DNA of 55,219 nucleotides, filler included, from Sluysia triapertura (Eukaryota), in the NCBI GenBank assembly GCA_046118255.1. It is 4 parts of 4 records of this genome, joined end to end, with 100 filler letters (N's around TTAATTAATTAA, not from the genome) between each part and the next. Parts side by side here need not be neighbours in the genome. Positions count along the whole stretch, not along the records: positions 43,294 to 55,219 come from JBJNIA010155493.1; 3 more parts are not named here. One strand, 5' to 3'. This document shows positions 51,801 through 55,219 of this stretch, piece after piece (within the stretch, counting starts at the first letter, position 1; each line of letters starts with the position of its first letter). The notes under the pieces were generated by a model, which saw only the letters and a list, made by a program, of their open reading frames with translations, was not told the origin of the DNA and ran no database searches. The translations under genes and the position numbers were made by a program.

Positions 51801-53145
51801 TTGCTGCAAATGACATATAATTGACGAAATTATTTATTATAATTTATAAAACGAATATTTTGAATTTTAAAGAAAGAAATTCACGAAATTTATGATTTAA
51901 TTTTGAACTTTATACTTGTCTAACTGTTGATGTATGAATTAGTTCAATTATCTTAAAAAATGGTTTGATAAAATGTTTCTTCTTATACCACAACAATAAT
52001 ATCCAAATAGAAACTAAAGTTGAAATTAAAAATCATTATCGTTATCAAGTTAATACTAACGATTATCAAGACACTAAAAACTTGACATGTTAATGATATT
52101 TTATGATATTGTATATAATTAGTAGTATTATTTCAAGTTTAGTTTATCAATTACACGCTAACAAATTGATAAATAATTTATAAATTTCGGTGGTACTTTC
52201 AAATATGTTAGGTAATTATTATTGTTTATTTTTTGTGTAGAAAATTTGAATTTTGGTTTAAGTGCTTAAAGTTCTTAAATAACGAGAATTAAAGATCAGA
52301 TATAGAAATTTTATGTATAATTTACAAAATGGTGGCATTTGTTATTTTAAATTATATTATATGTATCACTAACCTACAGAATATTTCATTGCTTGAGACT
52401 GCATTATCATCCTTGCTTGATGCAACTTTCAATGACTAAAGATTATAAAAAATAAGAAATAAATTGAATATGTCATTGTATTATTTATCATTTAAAGAAT
52501 ATTGGTAACAGAAAGACAAAAGGTCGAAATAAATTAAATATATTGAAAAAACTCGGAATACTTTGCAAAATAAATTTTTGAGTATTTAATATATATTAGA
52601 AATAAATTTATGGTTTAAAAAGCCAACCTGATACTTTTACTGTGACGAAATAAAATTGAGAAGGGACGGTTACAGTAAACGTCTTATGCCGTAAAGAGGG
52701 CATTCCTGACTAAGACTTTCTATAATTTTTGGATGATCTTATACTTAGGAATTTACTTTATAATTTTAATCAATCAAATTCGCAATATGCTTTGAGTTAT
52801 TTAAATTTTAATTTAAAATTTCCCCCTCGGTAGATCGGGTTAATTAAAAATTACTGACACGAATTTACGTGTATTTTATTATTTCAATTTTTAAGATTGA
52901 AACACCATAAACAAATAGAACTTAATGAATAATGGACAACACTGAACTCCAATTGAACCTTACTAAAAATATTTCAAAATCAATGTAAATGATTGATCGA
53001 ATAAATCTCGAGACGACTCCAAATTGATGAATAAGAGCTAAAACTAAAATGACAACTAAATCCAAAATGGCGATGCTAGTTTATATGAAATGTTCTAGAT
53101 TCTAGAACATTTTAGAAAAAGTTTCTTTTTTAGAAATTAATTAAG

Positions 53146-53915
53146 TCAGTATCACCACTATTTGTTATTAACGCAGATTTTGAATCTGTATTACTACCAT
53201 CGAACAATATCAATAAAGACATGAACTATTGGTTGCATATTTATTATTAGGAGGTCCAAACACAGAATGCTATGTTTTTGTTGGTAATACCTGTATAGTA
53301 ACTTTTTTTAAATAAGATTGAAGAACTTGTGCAAAATATAGTTAGGCCTTATTACCAAGATTAAAAAGAAATAAATTTAATAATGCAAAATCATCATGTT
53401 TTTGTGTAAAAAAACTAGCAACTAAACTTGTTAAAGATCATGACCATTTTAATGATAAATATATAGGTGTATCTTGTAATAAATGTAATTTAAGTAGAAA
53501 AATACGTCCGATTTTCCTGTAGCATTCATAATTTATGTGAATATGACATTCATCATATATTAAAATATGTATTGGGACAAATAATAAATTGTGTACCACA
53601 AAGTTAAGAAAAGTTTCAAACCTTATTTGCTTATACTAAATCAATAAAAAAATTTTCAATTAAATTTATAGACCGGTGTATACTACACAATATTAAATCA
53701 ATACCACCAAAAGGAAACAATGATATAAGTGATGACGATTATAATTAGGCATTACATGTTAGCCTACTTAAGATTAAAATTTATTGGATGATTTTTGAAG
53801 CATTTAGTAAAACAACCATAAATGATCCAGTCAACTTTATATTATTATCTGGTTTACGGTTTTAACTGATCCTGATATATTTTTTTTCGAAAATATTGTA
53901 CGAGGAAGAATGACA
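53146..53915 (+). mobile_element. Polinton/Maverick-type protein-primed DNA polymerase B remnant
   Basis: Ordered motifs across broken frames: PLFVINADFE, VKDHDHFNDKYIGVSCNKCNL, YDIHHI, EKF, IKFID, ISDDDY, DPDIYFF..VRG. Confidence 0.8.
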
Positions 53916-54056
53916 TTTGCAACTTTCGGTATATCTTCCAACCTCAAATTGATGATAATGTTGAAATTTATGCTTATCTTTCCGTTTGAAATGCTTCCAA
54001 GTAAGTATCAGCAGTCATTATTAACCGCAAGAATGGTGTTCTATCTTTTAACGGAC

Positions 54057-54332
54057 TTATTGTGCCATGTTGATCACATTACTGTGATTTAACTGCTCTT
54101 TTACTACGTATTCTTTAACATATATCCTTATATGAGGTATTCTTTCTTTAATTATTTCAGCTAATTCAGTTTCTATCACGTTAGGATTTACTTTAACACG
54201 ATGAAATCTTCTAGAATTTATACGTTTCGTAATACTTGCGTACTTATTTTGTCTACTTGTTTTAAAGATATTTTTCTTTACTTCCTTAATTTTCAAAGCT
54301 AAAATCATTTTTATTCTTTGTTTTATGATCAC
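54057..54332 (-). CDS. hypothetical basic ORF convergent with pPolB remnant, possibly from the same element
   Basis: 91-aa ORF with a RQ..NPNVI pattern loosely like small proteins of Polintons and insect DNA viruses; not firmly recognised. Confidence 0.25.
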   Translation of the reverse strand: MIIKQRIKMILALKIKEVKKNIFKTSRQNKYASITKRINSRRFHRVKVNPNVIETELAEIIKERIPHIRIYVKEYVVKEQLNHSNVINMAQ

Positions 54333-55219
54333 TATTATTATTTGAATTTTGATTTATTGTGTGTCTTTATCTTGCTTTTTATTTCCCCTATTTGTTCGCC
54401 TAGTTTATCTTGATGTTCTAATTTATTTTCATCATAATTTTGTCACACATTTCCATATTCGTGCGTTAAATTTTGTATTTCGTGATTTTGAGCTTGATTG
54501 TATCTTAGTTCGTTATCGCTTTCTCTTTAATTTGATAGGTCATATAGATTCGACTCTTCTTCAAATAGCGTTTTATCGATATCTTTCTATGCTTTTATTG
54601 CATTATTTAGTGTCCTTTTACACTTCTAATAATAACATCAGAAATAAATATCATTAATAATTAATTAAAATAAAACAATATATCTGCTGTTATAAGCTCG
54701 TGTATGTGCTCTATTGCATATAGATAACGTAACAGCACAAATTTATTAGGTTTTCATTATTTTTTAAAATTATTTTATTATTTATTTGCTAGTACTTATT
54801 ATTATTATTATTTACTATAACTTTATCTATTTACAAAAATTTATTTTAGTATCTAATTTGTCTTGACATTTTACAATTAGTAAGTACATAGTTATAATTT
54901 TATGAATATTATGTACTTGTATGTATTTGAAAATAGTTTACTTTGTGTACATTATACTTCACAGTTATAATTTTATGAATATATAAATAGTTTATATGTA
55001 CTTTTACAATTATATGTATTTTTATGAATATATAAATAGTTTATATGTACTTTTACAATTTTATTATTAATTGTTTTACTTCGTTAATTATTATTACTAT
55101 TATTCAATATTTTATTATTTTAAAATTAGAATAGCATCTTAGCAAAATCAATTGTACATTCGGATCATTCAGACCATGTGAAGGAAAGGCATATTTGTTT
55201 CCAAAAGCAAGGAATATTA

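Noticed and set aside
49380-52440. Spliced plus-strand gene in the last contig
   Set aside because: Several gtaag donors and a CTAAC..ag acceptor near 52379 are present, but no consistent reading frame could be assembled.
826-54657. Most short ORF-track entries (e.g. 826-1014, 4852-5091, 33468-33731, 36035-36368, 47216-47428, 54349-54657)
   Set aside because: I/L/F/Y/N/K-rich translations expected from random AT-rich DNA, or antisense to recognised elements.

Overview
Very AT-rich eukaryotic (most likely animal) DNA, roughly 20-25% GC by eye. It consists of four contigs joined by artificial 100-bp linkers (N44-TTAATTAATTAA-N44 at 10784, 21814 and 43194), so adjacency across linkers is not meaningful. 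Spliced genes I could reconstruct by hand: a RasGEF (REM + CDC25 domains, minus strand, 5 exons), the 5' part of phosphomannomutase (minus strand, 4 exons, one 32-bp intron) and the last two exons of an unidentified Asn-rich gene. The rest is mostly decayed mobile DNA: pogo/Tigger, Tc1/mariner, hAT, piggyBac-like, L2, an RLE-type non-LTR retrotransposon, Penelope-like fragments and a Polinton-type pPolB. A GC-rich, vertebrate-type PKNOX1 exon at a contig end suggests host (probably fish) DNA in the assembly. The most interesting signal is a family of at least five 2-3 kb cassettes. Each has a strand-biased arm, an AAT tract and a covarying CCAA(C/T) hairpin, followed by a different intronless cargo (internally deleted Rab7, a RING-like remnant, two tandem-repeat ORFs). 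This looks like an uncharacterised gene-capturing mobile element or dispersed promoter module. A tRNA-like unit framed by 10-bp inverted repeats is also notable: a second copy is fused, 7 nt into the tRNA, to the RLE retrotransposon. All similarities were judged by eye; no database search was run.
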